Below, piece after piece: positions 10,576 to 24,660 of a DNA stretch of 64,000 bases. A model generated the notes under the pieces. The model made no database searches, was not told the origin of the DNA, and was given only the letters and a program-made list of their open reading frames with translations. Made by a program: the position numbers and the translations under genes. How positions within the stretch are numbered: position 1 is the first letter of the stretch; each line of letters begins with the position of its first letter. Origin of the DNA: the human T2T-CHM13v2.0 reference genome, Homo sapiens; the NCBI RefSeq assembly GCF_009914755.1, contig NC_060948.1. One strand, 5' to 3'.

Positions 10576-13500
10576 ACTGGAATGGAATGTACATGAATGG
10601 AATGTAATCGAATGGAAAGCAATCCAATGGAATAGAATCTAATGCAATAAAATCGACTCAAATAGAGTAGAATGTAATGGAATGGAGTGCAGTGCAATGG
10701 AATGGAATGGAATGCAACGGAATGGAATGGAATGGAATGGAATGGGATGGAATGGTATGGAATGGATAGTAATGGACTGGAGTGAAATGGACTGGAAAAG
10801 AATGGACTCAAATTGAAAGGGCTCGAAAGGAATGGAGTCAAATGGAATGGTCTGGAATGGAATGAACACGAATGTAATGCAATCCAATAGAATGGAATCG
10901 AATGGCATGGAATATAAAGAAATGGAATCGAAGAGAATGGAAACAAATGGAATGGAATTGAATGGAATGGAATTGAATGGAATGGGAACGAATGGAGTGA
11001 AATTGTATGCAGTAGAAGAGAATAGAATGGAATGCAAGCGAAAGGAAAGGAATGGATTGGAATGGAATGGAATTCATTGGAATGGAAGGGAATGTAGTGT
11101 AATGGACAGGCCTGGAATAAAGTGGAATGCTACGGTCTCGAATGGAATAAAAATATATGGAATGGAATGCAATGAAACGGAATCGAATGTCATAGAATGT
11201 AATGGAATGCAAAAAAATGGAATCCAAAATCATTGACTGGAAAGGCTGGGTGTCGAAAGGAATTGACTCCAATGGAATGGAATCGAATGGCATGGAAGTG
11301 AATAGAATGGAACTAAATCGAATGGAATGGAATTGATAGGAACGGAATGGAAAGGAATGCAATGATTTGGCATGGAATGGAATCGAATGGCATCGAATGG
11401 AATGGAATGGAATGCAATGGAATGGAATGTATTAGAATGTAATGAACTTTAATGGAATGTACTCGAATGGATTCGACTGGAATGGAATGTTCTCGAAGTG
11501 AATGGACTCCAATGGAATGGATTCGAAAGGAATGGAATCTAATGGAATGGAATTAAATGGAAATGAATCAAATTGAATAGAACGGAATTGAATTGAATGG
11601 AATCGAATGCAATGGAATCTAATGAAAAGGAAAGGAAAGGAATGGAATGGATTGGAATGGAATGGGCTGGAATGGAATGGAATCGAAACGAATGGAATGG
11701 AATCGAACTGAAGAGACTGGAATGGAATGCACTGGAATGGAAGGGAATGTAATGGAAGGTTCTCAAGAAAAATGGAATCGAAAGGAATGGAATTGAATGG
11801 AACGGAATAGAGTCGAATGGAATTCAATGGAATGGAATGGACTAGAGTGAAATGGAATCGAACCACAAGGAATGGACAGGAATAGAATGGTCTCGAATTG
11901 AATGGAATCGTATGGAATGGCATCAAACGGAATGGAATGGACAGCCACGGAATGGAATGCACTCGAATGCAATGGAGTCGACACTAACGGAGTGGAATAG
12001 AATGGACTCGACTGGTACGGACTCCAATGGAATGGAATCGAATGGAAGGGTATCGAACGGAATGGACTCGAAGGGAAAAGACTGCAATGGAAAGGTCTCG
12101 AATGGAATGGAAATTAATGGAATGGAATGGAATCGAATGAAATGGAGTCAAAAGGAATGGAATCGAATGGCAAGAAATCGAATGTAATGGAATCGCAAGG
12201 AATTGAAGTGAACGGAACGGAATGCAATGGAATCCAAAGGAATGGAATAGAATGGAATGGAATCGAATGGAAAGGACTCGAATGGAAATCACTCGAATAG
12301 AATGCAATTTAATAAAATAGGATCAAATGTAATGGAATGGAATGGAAAGGAATCGAAACGAAAGGAATGGAGACAGATGGAATGGAATGGAACAGAGAGC
12401 AATGGTATAGAATGGAATGGAATCATCTGGAATGGAATTGAATGGAATGGAATAATATGAAATGGAATGGAATGGAATGGAATGCCCTTGAATTAAATGG
12501 ACTGGAATGGAATGGACTCGAACAGAGTGGAATGGAAAGTGTTGAAATAGAATGGAATGGACTCGTTTGGAATGGTCTAGTATGCAATGCAATCGACTGG
12601 CAGGGAATCAAAAGGAATGTAATCGAATGGATTGGACTGGAATGCAATGGACTCGAATAGATTGGAAACGGAAAGCAAAGGAATGGAATGGAATAGTATG
12701 GAATGGAATGGAAAGGAATGGAGTGGAATAGACTAGAGTGGAATGGAATGGACTGGAAAGCAATGGACTGGAATGGAACTTTCTTGAATGGACTGGAATC
12801 AAACGGAATGGAATGCAATGCAATCAAATGGCATGGAATAAAATAGAATGAAAGAGAATCAAATGGAATTGAATCGAATGGAATCGAATGGATTGGAAAG
12901 GAATAGAATGGAATGGAACGGAATTGACTCAAATGGGATGGACTAGAATGGAATGGATTCGAATGGAAGGCAAATGAATGGAATCTATTGGAATGGACTG
13001 TAATGGAATGGAATGGAAGGGATTGGAATGGACTCGAATGGAATGGACTGCAATAGAAAGGATTCGAATGGAATGAAAAAGAATTGAATGGAATAGAACA
13101 GAATGGAATCAAATCGAATGAAATGGAATGGAAGAGAAAGGAATGGAATGAAATGGAATGGAAAGGATTCGAATGGAATGCAATCGAATGGAATGGAATC
13201 GAACGGAATGGAATAAAATGGAAGAAAACTGGCAAGAAATGGAATCGAAATGAATGGAGTGTTATGGAACGGACTCAAAAGGAATTGAATGTAATAGAAT
13301 GGAGTGGAGTGGACTCGAATATAATGGACTGGAATGGAATGAAATCACATGGAATGGGAACGAATGGAATGGAATGGAAAGGAATGGAATCGAATGGAAA
13401 GGAATCGAATGGAAGGGAATGAAATTGAATCAACAGGAATGGAAGGGAGTAGAATAGACGGTAATGGAATGGACTCGAATAGAATGGACACGAATGCTCA

Positions 13501-14089
13501 AATTGAATGGACTCGAATGGAATGGAAACGAAAGGAATGTCATCGAATGGAATTGAATCGATTGGAATGAAATCGCATAGAATGGAGTGGAATCAAATGG
13601 AATTGAATCGAAAGGAAAGGAAGCGAATGGACTGAAATGAAATGGAATGGAATTGAATGGAAAGTAATGCAATGGAATAGAATGGAACGAAATTTCACGG
13701 AATGGAATCAAACTGAATGGAATCAAATCAATGGAATATAATCAAATGGAATGGAAAGGAATTGAATGGAGTAGATTGGATTGGATGGGATTGGAATGAA
13801 ATGTACTGGAAAGGACTCGAAATTCATGAAACGGAATGGAATGAACTGGAACGGAATGGAATCGAATGGAATGGAATGTCATGGAATGGCATCAAATGGA
13901 ATGGAATCGAATGCGATGGAATGCTATGGAATGGAATGGAATGCATAGGAATGGAATGTCCTCTAATGGAATGTATTCGAGTGGAATGGAATCGAATATA
14001 ATGGAGTCTAATGAAATGGAATTGAAAGGAATGGGACCGAATACAATGGAATAAACTGGAATGTAATGTAATGAACTCGAATGTAATTG
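10576..14089 (+). repeat. DYZ1 unit U4, type C (3514 bp; tandem copy of U3)
   Basis: Same C markers as U3, plus ggcaaatgaatg and gcatagg shared only with U3. Confidence 0.9.
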
Positions 14090-17000
14090 ACTGGAATGGA
14101 ATGTACATGAATGGAATGTAATCGAATGGAAAGCAATCCAATGGAATAGAATCTAATGCAATAAAATCGACTCAAATAGAGTAGAATGTAATGGAATGGA
14201 GTGCAGTGCAATGGAATGGAATGGAATGCAACGGAATGGAATGGAATGGAATGGAATGGGATGGAATGGTATGGAATGGATAGTAATGGACTGGAGTGAA
14301 ATGGACTGGAAAAGAATGGACTCAAATTGAAAGGGCTCGAAAGGAATGGAGTCAAATGGAATGGTCTGGAATGGAATGAACACGAATGTAATGCAATCCA
14401 ATAGAATGGAATCGAATGGCATGGAATATAAAGAAATGGAATCGAAGAGAATGGAAACAAATGGAATGGAATTGAATGGAATGGAATTGAATGGAATGGG
14501 AACGAATGGAGTGAAATTGTATGCAGTAGAAGAGAATAGAATGGAATGCAAGCGAAAGGAAAGGAATGGATTGGAATGGAATGGAATTCATTGGAATGGA
14601 AGGGAATGTAGTGTAATGGACAGGCCTGGAATAAAGTGGAATGCTACGGTCTCGAATGGAATAAAAATGTATGGAATGGAATGCAATGAAACGGAATCGA
14701 ATGTCATAGAATGTAATGGAATGCAAAAAAATGGACTCCAAAATCATTGACTGGAAAGGCTGGGTGTCGAAAGGAATTGACTCCAATGGAATGGAATCGA
14801 ATGGAATGGAAGTGAATAGAATCGAACTAAATCGAATGGAATGGAATTGATAGGAACGGAATGGAAAGGAATGCAATGATTTGGCATGGAATGGAATCGA
14901 AAGGCATCGAATGGAATGGAATGGAATGCAATGGAATGGAATGTATTAGAATGTAATGAACATTAATGGAAAGTACTCGAATGGATTCGACTGGAATGGA
15001 ATGTTCTGGAAGTGAATGGACTCCAATGGAATGGATTCGAAAGGAATGGAATCGAACGGAATGGAATTAAACGGAAATGAATCAAATAGAATAGAACGGA
15101 ATTGAATTGAATGGAATCGAATGCAATGGAATCTAATGAAACGGAAAGGAATGGAATGGAATGGGCTGGAATGGAATGGAATCGAAACGAATGGAATGGA
15201 ATCGAACTGAAGAGACTGGAATGGAATGCACTGGAATGGAAGGGAATGTAATGGAAGGTTCTCGAAAAAAATGGAATCGAAAGGAATGGAATTGAATGGA
15301 ACGGAATAGAGTCGAATGGAATTCAATGGAATGGAATGGACTAGAGTGAAATGGAATCGAACCACAAGGAATGGACAGGAATAGAATGGTCTCGAATTGA
15401 ATGGAATCGTATGGAATGGCATCAAACGGAATGGAATGGACGGCCACGGAATGGAATGCACTCGAATGCAATGGAGTCGAAACTAATGGACTGGAATAGA
15501 ATGGACTCGACTGGTACGGACTCCAATGGAATGGAATCGAATGGAAGGGAATCGAACGGAAGGGAATCGAACGGAATGGACTCGAAGGGAAAAGACTGCA
15601 ATGGAAAGGTCTCGAATGGAATGGAAATTAATGGAATGGAATGGAATCGAATGAAATGGAGTCAAAAGGAATGGAATCGAATGGCAAGAAATCGAATGTA
15701 ATGGAATCGCAAGGAATTGATGTGAACGGAACGGAATGGAATGGAATCCAAAGGAATGGAATAGAATGGAATGGAATCGAATGGAAAGGACTCGAATGGA
15801 AATCACTCGAATAGAATGCAATTTAATAAAATAGGATCAAATGTAATGGAATGGAATGGAAAGGAATCGAAACGAAAGGAATGGAGACAGATGGAATGGA
15901 ATGGAACAGAGAGCAATGGTATAGAATGGAATGGAATCATCTGGAATGGAATTGAATGGAATGGAATAATATGAAATGGAATGGAATGGAATGGAATGTC
16001 CTTGAATTAAATGGACTGGAATGGAATGGACTCGAACAGAGTGGAATGGAAAGTGTTGAAATAGCATGGAATGGACTCGTTTGGAATGGTGTAGTATGCA
16101 ATGCAATCGACTGGCAGGGAATCAAAAGGAATGTAATCGAATGGATTGGACTGGAATGCAATGGACTCGAATAGATTGGAAACGGAATGCAAAGGAATGG
16201 AATGGAATAGTATGGAATGGAATGGAAAGGAATGGAGTGGAATAGACTAGAGTGGAATGGAATGGACTCGAAAGCAATGGACTGGAATGGAACTTTCTTG
16301 AATGGACTGGAATCAAACGGAATGGAATGCAATGCAATCAAATGGCATGGAATAAAATAGAATGAAAGAGAATCAAACGGAATTGAATCGAATGGAATCG
16401 AATGGATTGGAAAGGAATAGAATGGAATGGAATGGAATTGACTCAAATGGAATGGACTAGAATGGAATGGATTCGAATGGAAGGCAAAGGAATGGAATCT
16501 ATTGGAATGGACTGTAATGGAATGGAATGGAAGGGATTGGAATGGACTCGAATGGAATGGACTGCAATAGAAAGGATTCGAATGGAATGAAAAAGAATTG
16601 AATGGAATAGAACAGAATGGAATCAAACCTCATGAAATAGAATGGAATAGAAAGGAATGGAATGAAATCGAATGGAAAGGATTCGAATGGAATGCAATCG
16701 AATGGAATGCAATCGAATGGAATGGAATCGAACGGAATGGAATAAAATGGAAGAAAACTGGCAAGAAATGGAATCGAAATGAATGGAGTGTTAAGGAACG
16801 GACTCAAAAGGAATTGAATGTAATAGAATGGAGTGGAGTGGACTCGAATATAATGGACTGGAATGGAATGAAATCACATGGAATGGGAACGAATGGAATG
16901 GAATGGAAAGGAATGGAATCGAATGGAAAGGAATCGAATGGAAGGGAATGAAATTGAATCAACAGGAATGGAAGGGAATAGAATAGACGGTAATGGAATG

Positions 17001-17633
17001 GACTCGAATAGAATGGACACGAATGCTCAAATTGAATGGACTCGAATGGAATGGAAATGAAAGGAATGTCATCGAATGCAATTCAATCGATTGGAATGAA
17101 ATCGCATAGGATGGAGTGGAATCAAATGGAATTGAATCGAAAGGAAAAGAAGCGAATTGACTGAAATGAAATGGAATGGAATTGAATGGAAAGTAATGCA
17201 ACGGAATAGAATGGATTGAAATTTCACGGAATGGAATCAAACTGAATGGAATCAAATCAATGGAATATAATCAAATGGAATGGAAAGGAATTGAATGGAG
17301 TAGATTGTATTGGATGGGATTGGAATGAAATGTACTGGAAAGGACTCGAATTTCATGAAACGGAATGGAATGTATTAGAACGGAATGGACTCGAATGGAA
17401 TTGAATGTCACGGAATGGCATCAAATGGAATGGCATCAATTGGAATGGAATCGAATGCAATGGAATGCTATGGAATGGAATGGAATGCATTGGAATGGAA
17501 TGTCCTCTAATGGAATGGATTCGAGTGGAATGGAATCGAATATAATGGAGTCTAATGAAATGGAATTGAAAGGAATGGGATCCAATACAATGGAATATAC
17601 TGGAATGTAATGTAATGAACTCGAATGTAATTG
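14090..17633 (+). repeat. DYZ1 unit U5, type A (3544 bp)
   Basis: Carries all A markers of U1 and is one pentamer shorter before aatg(t/c)ccttg. Confidence 0.9.
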
Positions 17634-20600
17634 ACTGGAATGGAATGTACATGAGTGGAATGTAATCGAATGGAAAGTAATCCAATGGAATAGAATCTAA
17701 TGCAATAAAATCGACTCAAATAGAGTAGAATGTAATGGAATGGAGTGCAGTGCAATGGAATGGAATGGAATGGGATGGAATGGTATGGAATGGATAGTAA
17801 TGGACTGGAGTGAAATGGACTGGAAAATAATGGACTCAAATTGAAAGGGCTCGAAAGGAATGGAGTCAAATGGAATGGTCTGGAATGGAATGAACACGAA
17901 TGTAATGCAATCCAATAGAATGGAATCGAATGGCATGGAATATAAAGAAATGGAATCGAAGAGAATGGAAACAAATGGAATGGAATTGAATGGAATGGAA
18001 TTGAATGGAATGGGAACGAATGGAGTGAAATTGTATGCAGTAGAAGAGAATAGAATGGAATGCAAGCGAAAGGAAAGGAATGGATTGGAATGGAATGGAA
18101 TTCATTGGAATGGAAGGGAATGTAGTGTAATGGACAGGCCTGTAATAAAGTGGAATGCTACGGTCTCGAATGGAATAAAAATGTATGGAATGGAATGCAA
18201 TGAAACGGAATCGAATGTCATAGAAGTAATGGAATGCAAAAAAATGGACTCCAAAATCATTGACTGGAAAGGCTGGGTGTCGAAAGGAATTTACTCCAAT
18301 GGAATGGAATCGAATGGAATGGAAGTGAATAGAATCGAACTAAATCGAATGGAATGGAATTGATAGGAACGGAATGGAAAGGAATGCAATGATTTCGCAT
18401 GGAATGGAATCGAATGGCATCGAATGGAATGGAATGGAATGCAATGGAATGGAATGTATTAAAATGTAATGAACTTTAATGGAATGTACTCGAATGGATT
18501 CGACTGGAATGGAATGTTCTCGAAGTGAATGGACTCCAATGGAATGGATTCGAAAGGAATGGAATCTAATGGAATGGAATTAAATGGAAATGAATCAAAT
18601 TGAATAGAACGGAATTGAATTGAATGGAATCGAATGCAATGGAATCTAATGAAACGGAAAGGAAAGGAATGGAATGGAATGGAATGGAATGGGCTGGAAT
18701 GGAATGGAATCGAAACGAATGGAATGGAATCGAACTGAAGAGACTGGAATGGAATACACTGGAATGGAAGGGAATGTAATGGAAGGTTCTCGAAAAAAAT
18801 GTAATTGAAAGGAATGGAATTGAGTGGAACGGAATAGAGTCGAATGGAATTCAATGGAATGGAATGGACTAGAGTGAAATGGAATCGAACCACAAGGAAT
18901 GGACAGGAATAGAATGGTCTCGAATTGAATGGAATCGTATGGAATGGCATCAAACGGAATGGAATGGACAGCCACGGAATGGAATGCACTCGAATGCAAT
19001 GGAGTCGAAACTAATGGACTGGAATAGAATGGACTCGACTGGTACGGACTCCAATGGAATGGAATCGAATGGAAGGGAATCGAACGGAATGGACTCGAAG
19101 GGAAAAGACTGCAATGGAAAGGTCTCGAATGGAATGGAAATTAATGGAATGGAATGGAATCGAATGAAATGGAGTCAAAAGGAATGGAATCGAATGGCAA
19201 GAAATCGAATGTAATGGAATCGCAAGGAATTGATGTGAACGGAACGGAATGGAATGGAATCCAAAGGAATGGAATAGAATGGAATGGAATCGAATGGAAA
19301 GGACTCGAATGGAAATCACTCGAATAGAATGCAATTTAATAAAATAGGATCAAATGTAATGGAATGGAATGGAAAGGAATCGAAACGAAAGGAATGGAGA
19401 CAGATGGAATGGAATGGAACAGAGAGCAATGGTATAGAATGGAATGGAATCATCTGGAATGGAATTGAATGGAATGGAATAACATGAAATGGACTGGAAT
19501 GGAATGGAATGCCCTTGAATTAAATGGACTGGAATGGAATGGACTCGAACAGAGTGGAATGGAAAGTGTTGAAATAGAATGGAATGGACTCGTTTGGAAT
19601 GGTCTAGTATGCAATGCAATCGACTGGCAGGGAATCAAAAGGAATGTAATCGAATGGATTGGACTGGAATGCAATGGACTTGAATAGATTGGAAACGGAA
19701 TGCAAAGGAATGGAATGGAATAGTATGGAATGGAACGGAAAGGAATGGAGTGGAATAGACTAGAGTGGAATGGAATGGACTCGAAAGCAATGGACTGGAA
19801 TGGAACTTTCTTGAATGGACTGGAATCAAACGGAATGGAATGCAATGCAATCAAATGGCATGGAATAAAATAGAATGAAAGAGAATCAAATGGAATTGAA
19901 TCGAATGGAATCGAAAGGATTGGAAAGGAATAGAATGGAATGGAATGGAATTGACTCAAATGGAATGGACTAGAATGGAATGGATTTGAATGGAAGGCAA
20001 AGGAATGGAATCTATTGGAATGGACTGTAATGGAATGGCATGGAAGGGATTGGAATGGACTCGAATGGAATGGACTGCAATAGAAAGGATTCGAATGGAA
20101 TGAAAAAGAATTGAATGGAATAGAACAGAATGGAATCAAATCGAATGAAATGGAATGGAATAGAAAGGAATGGAATGAAATGGAATGGAAAGGATTCGAA
20201 TGGAATGCAATCGAATGGAATGGAATCGAACGGAATGGAATAAAATGGAAGAAAACTGGCAAGAAATGGAATCGAAATGAATGGAGTGTTATGGAACGGA
20301 CTCAAAAGGAATTGAATGTAATAGAATGGAGTGGAGTGGACTCAAATATAATAGACTGGAATGGAATGAAATCACATGGAATGGGAACGAATGGAATGGA
20401 ATGGAAAGGAATGGAATCGAATGGAAAGGAATCGAATGGAAGGGAATGAAATTGAATCAACAGGAATGGAAAGGAGTAGAATAGACGGTAATGGAATGGG
20501 CTCGAATAGAATGGACACGAATGCTCAAATTAAATGGACTCGAATGGAATGGAAACGAAAGGAATGTCATCGAATGGAATTGAATCGATTGGAATGAAAT

Positions 20601-21131
20601 CACATAGAATGGAGTGGAATCAAATGGAATTGAATCGAAAGGAAAGGAAGCGAATGGACTGAAATGAAATGGAATGGAATTGAATGGAAATTAATGCAAT
20701 GGAATAGAATGGAAAGAAATTTCACGGAATGGAATCAAACTGAATGGAATCAAATCAATGGAATGTAATCAAATGGAATGGAAAGGAATTGAATGGAGTA
20801 GATTGGATTGGATAGGATTGGAATGAAACGTACTGGAAAGGACTCGAATTTCATGAAACAGAATGGAATGAATTAGAACGGAATGGACTCGAATGGAATG
20901 GAATATCACGGAATGGCATCAAATGGAATGGCATCAATTGGAATGGAATCGAATGCAATGGAATGCTATGGAATGGAATGGAATGCATTGGAATGGAATG
21001 TCCTCTAATGGAATGGATTCGAGTGGAATGGAATCGAATATAATGGAGTCTAATGAAATGGAATTGAAAGGAATGGGATCCAATACAATGGAATATACTG
21101 GAATGTAATGTAATGAACTCGAATGTAATTG
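17634..21131 (+). repeat. DYZ1 unit U6, type B (3498 bp)
   Basis: Carries the B markers of U2, including the 1-bp deletion at ~18225. Confidence 0.9.
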
Positions 21132-24100
21132 ACTGGAATGGAATGTACATGAATGGAATGTAATCGAATGGAAAGTAATCCAATGGAATAGAATCTAATG
21201 CAATAAAATCGACTCAAGTAGAGTAGAATATAATGGAATGGAGTGCAGTGCAATGGAATGGAATGGAATGGAATGCAATGGAATGGAATGGAATGGAATG
21301 GAATGGAATGGAATGGGATGGAATGGTATGGAATGGATAGTAATGGACTGGAGTGAAATGGACTGGAAAGGAATGGACTCAAATTGAAAGGGCTCGAAAG
21401 GAATGGAGTCAAATGGAATGGTCTGGAATGGAATGAACACGAATGTAATGCAATCCAATAGAATGGAATCGAATGGCATGGAATGTAAAGAAATGGAATC
21501 GAAGAGAATGGAAACAAATGGAATGGAATTGAATGGAATGGAATTGAATGGAATGGGAACGAATGGAGTGAAATTGTATGCAGTAGAAGAGAATAGAATG
21601 GAATGCAAGCGAAAGGAAAGGAATGGATTGGAATGGAATGGAATTCATTGGAATGGAAGGGAATGTAGTGTAATGGACAGGCCTGGAATAAAGTGGAATG
21701 CTACGGTCTCGAATGGAATAAAAATGTATGGAATGGAATGCAATGAAACGGAATCGAATGTCATAGAATGTAATGGAATGCAAAAAAATGGAATCCAAAA
21801 TCATTGACTGGAAAGGCTGGGTGTCGAAAGGAATTGACTCCAATGGAATGGAATCGAATGGCATGGAAGTGAATAGAATGGAACTAAATCGAATGGAATG
21901 GAATTGATAGGAACGGAATGGAAAGGAATGCAATGATTTGGCATGGAATGGAATCGAATGGCATCGAATGGAATGGAATGGAATGCAATGGAATGGAATG
22001 TATTAGAATGTAATGAACTTTAATGGAATGTACTCGAATGTATTCGACTGGAATGGAATGTTCTCGAAGTGAATGGACTCCAATGGAATGGATTCGAAAG
22101 GAATGGAATCTAATGGAATGGAATTAAATGGAAATGAATCAAATTGAATAGAACGGAATTGAATTGAATGGAATCGAATGCAATGGAATCTAATGAAAAG
22201 GAAAGGAAAGGAATGGAATGGATTGGAATGGAATGGGCTGGAATGGAATGGAATCGAAACGAATGGAATGGAATCGAACTGAAGAGACTGGAATGGAATG
22301 CACTGGAATGGAAGGGAATGTAATGGAAGGTTCTCAAGAAAAATGGAATCGAAAGGAATGGAATTGAATGGAACGGAATAGAGTCGAATGGAATTCAATG
22401 GAATGGAATGGACTAGAGTGAAATGGAATCGAACCACAAGGAATGGACAGGAATAGAATGGTCTCGAATTGAATGGAATCGTATGGAATGGCATCAAACG
22501 GAATGGAATGGACAGCCACGGAATGGAATGCACTCGAATGCAATGGAGTCGACACTAACGGAGTGGAATAGAATGGACTCGACTGGTACGGACTCCAATG
22601 GAATGGAATCGAATGGAAGGGTATCGAACGGAATGGACTCGAAGGGAAAAGACTGCAATGGAAAGGTCTCGAATGGAATGGAAATTAATGGAATGGAATG
22701 GAATCGAATGAAATGGAGTCAAAAGGAATGGAATCGAATGGCAAGAAATCGAATGTAATGGAATCGCAAGGAATTGAAGTGAACGGAACGGAATGCAATG
22801 GAATCCAAAGGAATGGAATAGAATGGAATGGAATCGAATGGAAAGGACTCGAATGGAAATCACTCGAATAGAATGCAATTTAATAAAATAGGATCAAATG
22901 TAATGGAATGGAATGGAAAGGAATCGAAACGAAAGGAATGGAGACAGATGGAATGGAATGGAACAGAGAGCAATGGTATAGAATGGAATGGAATCATCTG
23001 GAATGGAATTGAATGGAATGGAATAATATGAAATGGAATGGAATGGAATGGAATGCCCTTGAATTAAATGGACTGGAATGGAATGGACTCGAACAGAGTG
23101 GAATGGAAAGTGTTGAAATAGAATGGAATGGACTCGTTTGGAATGGTCTAGTATGCAATGCAATCGACTGGCAGGGAATCAAAAGGAATGTAATCGAATG
23201 GATTGGACTGGAATGCAATGGACTCGAATAGATTGGAAACGGAAAGCAAAGGAATGGAATGGAATAGTATGGAATGGAATGGAAAGGAATGGAGTGGAAT
23301 AGACTAGAGTGGAATGGAATGGACTGGAAAGCAATGGACTGGAATGGAACTTTCTTGAATGGACTGGAATCAAACGGAATGGAATGCAATGCAATCAAAT
23401 GGCATGGAATAAAATAGAATGAAAGAGAATCAAATGGAATTGAATCGAATGGAATCGAATGGATTGGAAAGGAATAGAATGGAATGGAACGGAATTGACT
23501 CAAATGGAATGGACTAGAATGGAATGGATTCGAATGGAAGGCAAAGGAATGGAATCTATTGGAATGGACTGTAATGGAATGGAATGGAAGGGATTGGAAT
23601 GGACTCGAATGGAATGGACTGCAATAGAAAGGATTCGAATGGAATGAAAAAGAATTGAATGGAATAGAACAGAATGGAATCAAATCGAATGAAATGGAAT
23701 GGAAGAGAAAGGAATGGAATGAAATGGAATGGAAAGGATTCGAATGGAATGCAATCGAATGGAATGGAATCGAACGGAATGGAATAAAATGGAAGAAAAC
23801 TGGCAAGAAATGGAATCGAAATGAATGGAGTGTTATGGAACGGACTCAAAAGGAATTGAATGTAATAGAATGGAGTGGAGTGGACTCGAATATAATGGAC
23901 TGGAATGGAATGAAATCACATGGAATGGGAACGAATGGAATGGAATGGAAAGGAATGGAATCGAATGGAAAGGAATCGAATGGAAGGGAATGAAATTGAA
24001 TCAACAGGAATGGAAGGGAGTAGAATAGACGGTAATGGAATGGACTCGAATAGAATGGACACGAATGCTCAAATTGAATGGACTCGAATGGAATGGAAAC

Positions 24101-24660
24101 GAAAGGAATGTCATCGAATGGAATTGAATCGATTGGAATGAAATCGCATAGAATGGAGTGGAATCAAATGGAATTGAATCGAAAGGAAAGGAAGCGAATG
24201 GACTGAAATGAAATGGAATGGAATTGAATGGAAATTAATGCAATGGAATAGAATGGAACGAAATTTCACGGAATGGAATCAAACTGAATGGAATCAAATC
24301 AATGGAATATAATCAAATGGAATGGAAAGGAATTGAATGGAGTAGATTGGATTGGATGGGATTGGAATGAAATGTACTGGAAAGGACTCGAAATTCATGA
24401 AACGGAATGGAATGAACTGGAACGGAATGGACTCGAATGGAATGGAATGTCATGGAATGGCATCAAATGGAATGGAATCGAATGCGATGGAATGCTATGG
24501 AATGGAATGGAATGCATTGGAATGGAATGTCCTCTAATGGAATGTATTCGAGTGGAATGGAATCGAATATAATGGAGTCTAATGAAATAGAATTGAAAGG
24601 AATGGGACCGAATACAATGGAATAAACTGGTATGTAATGTAATGAACTCGAATGTAATTG
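21132..24660 (+). repeat. DYZ1 unit U7, type C (3529 bp)
   Basis: C markers ttctcaaga, gacactaacggagt, gaagagaaag. Confidence 0.9.
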
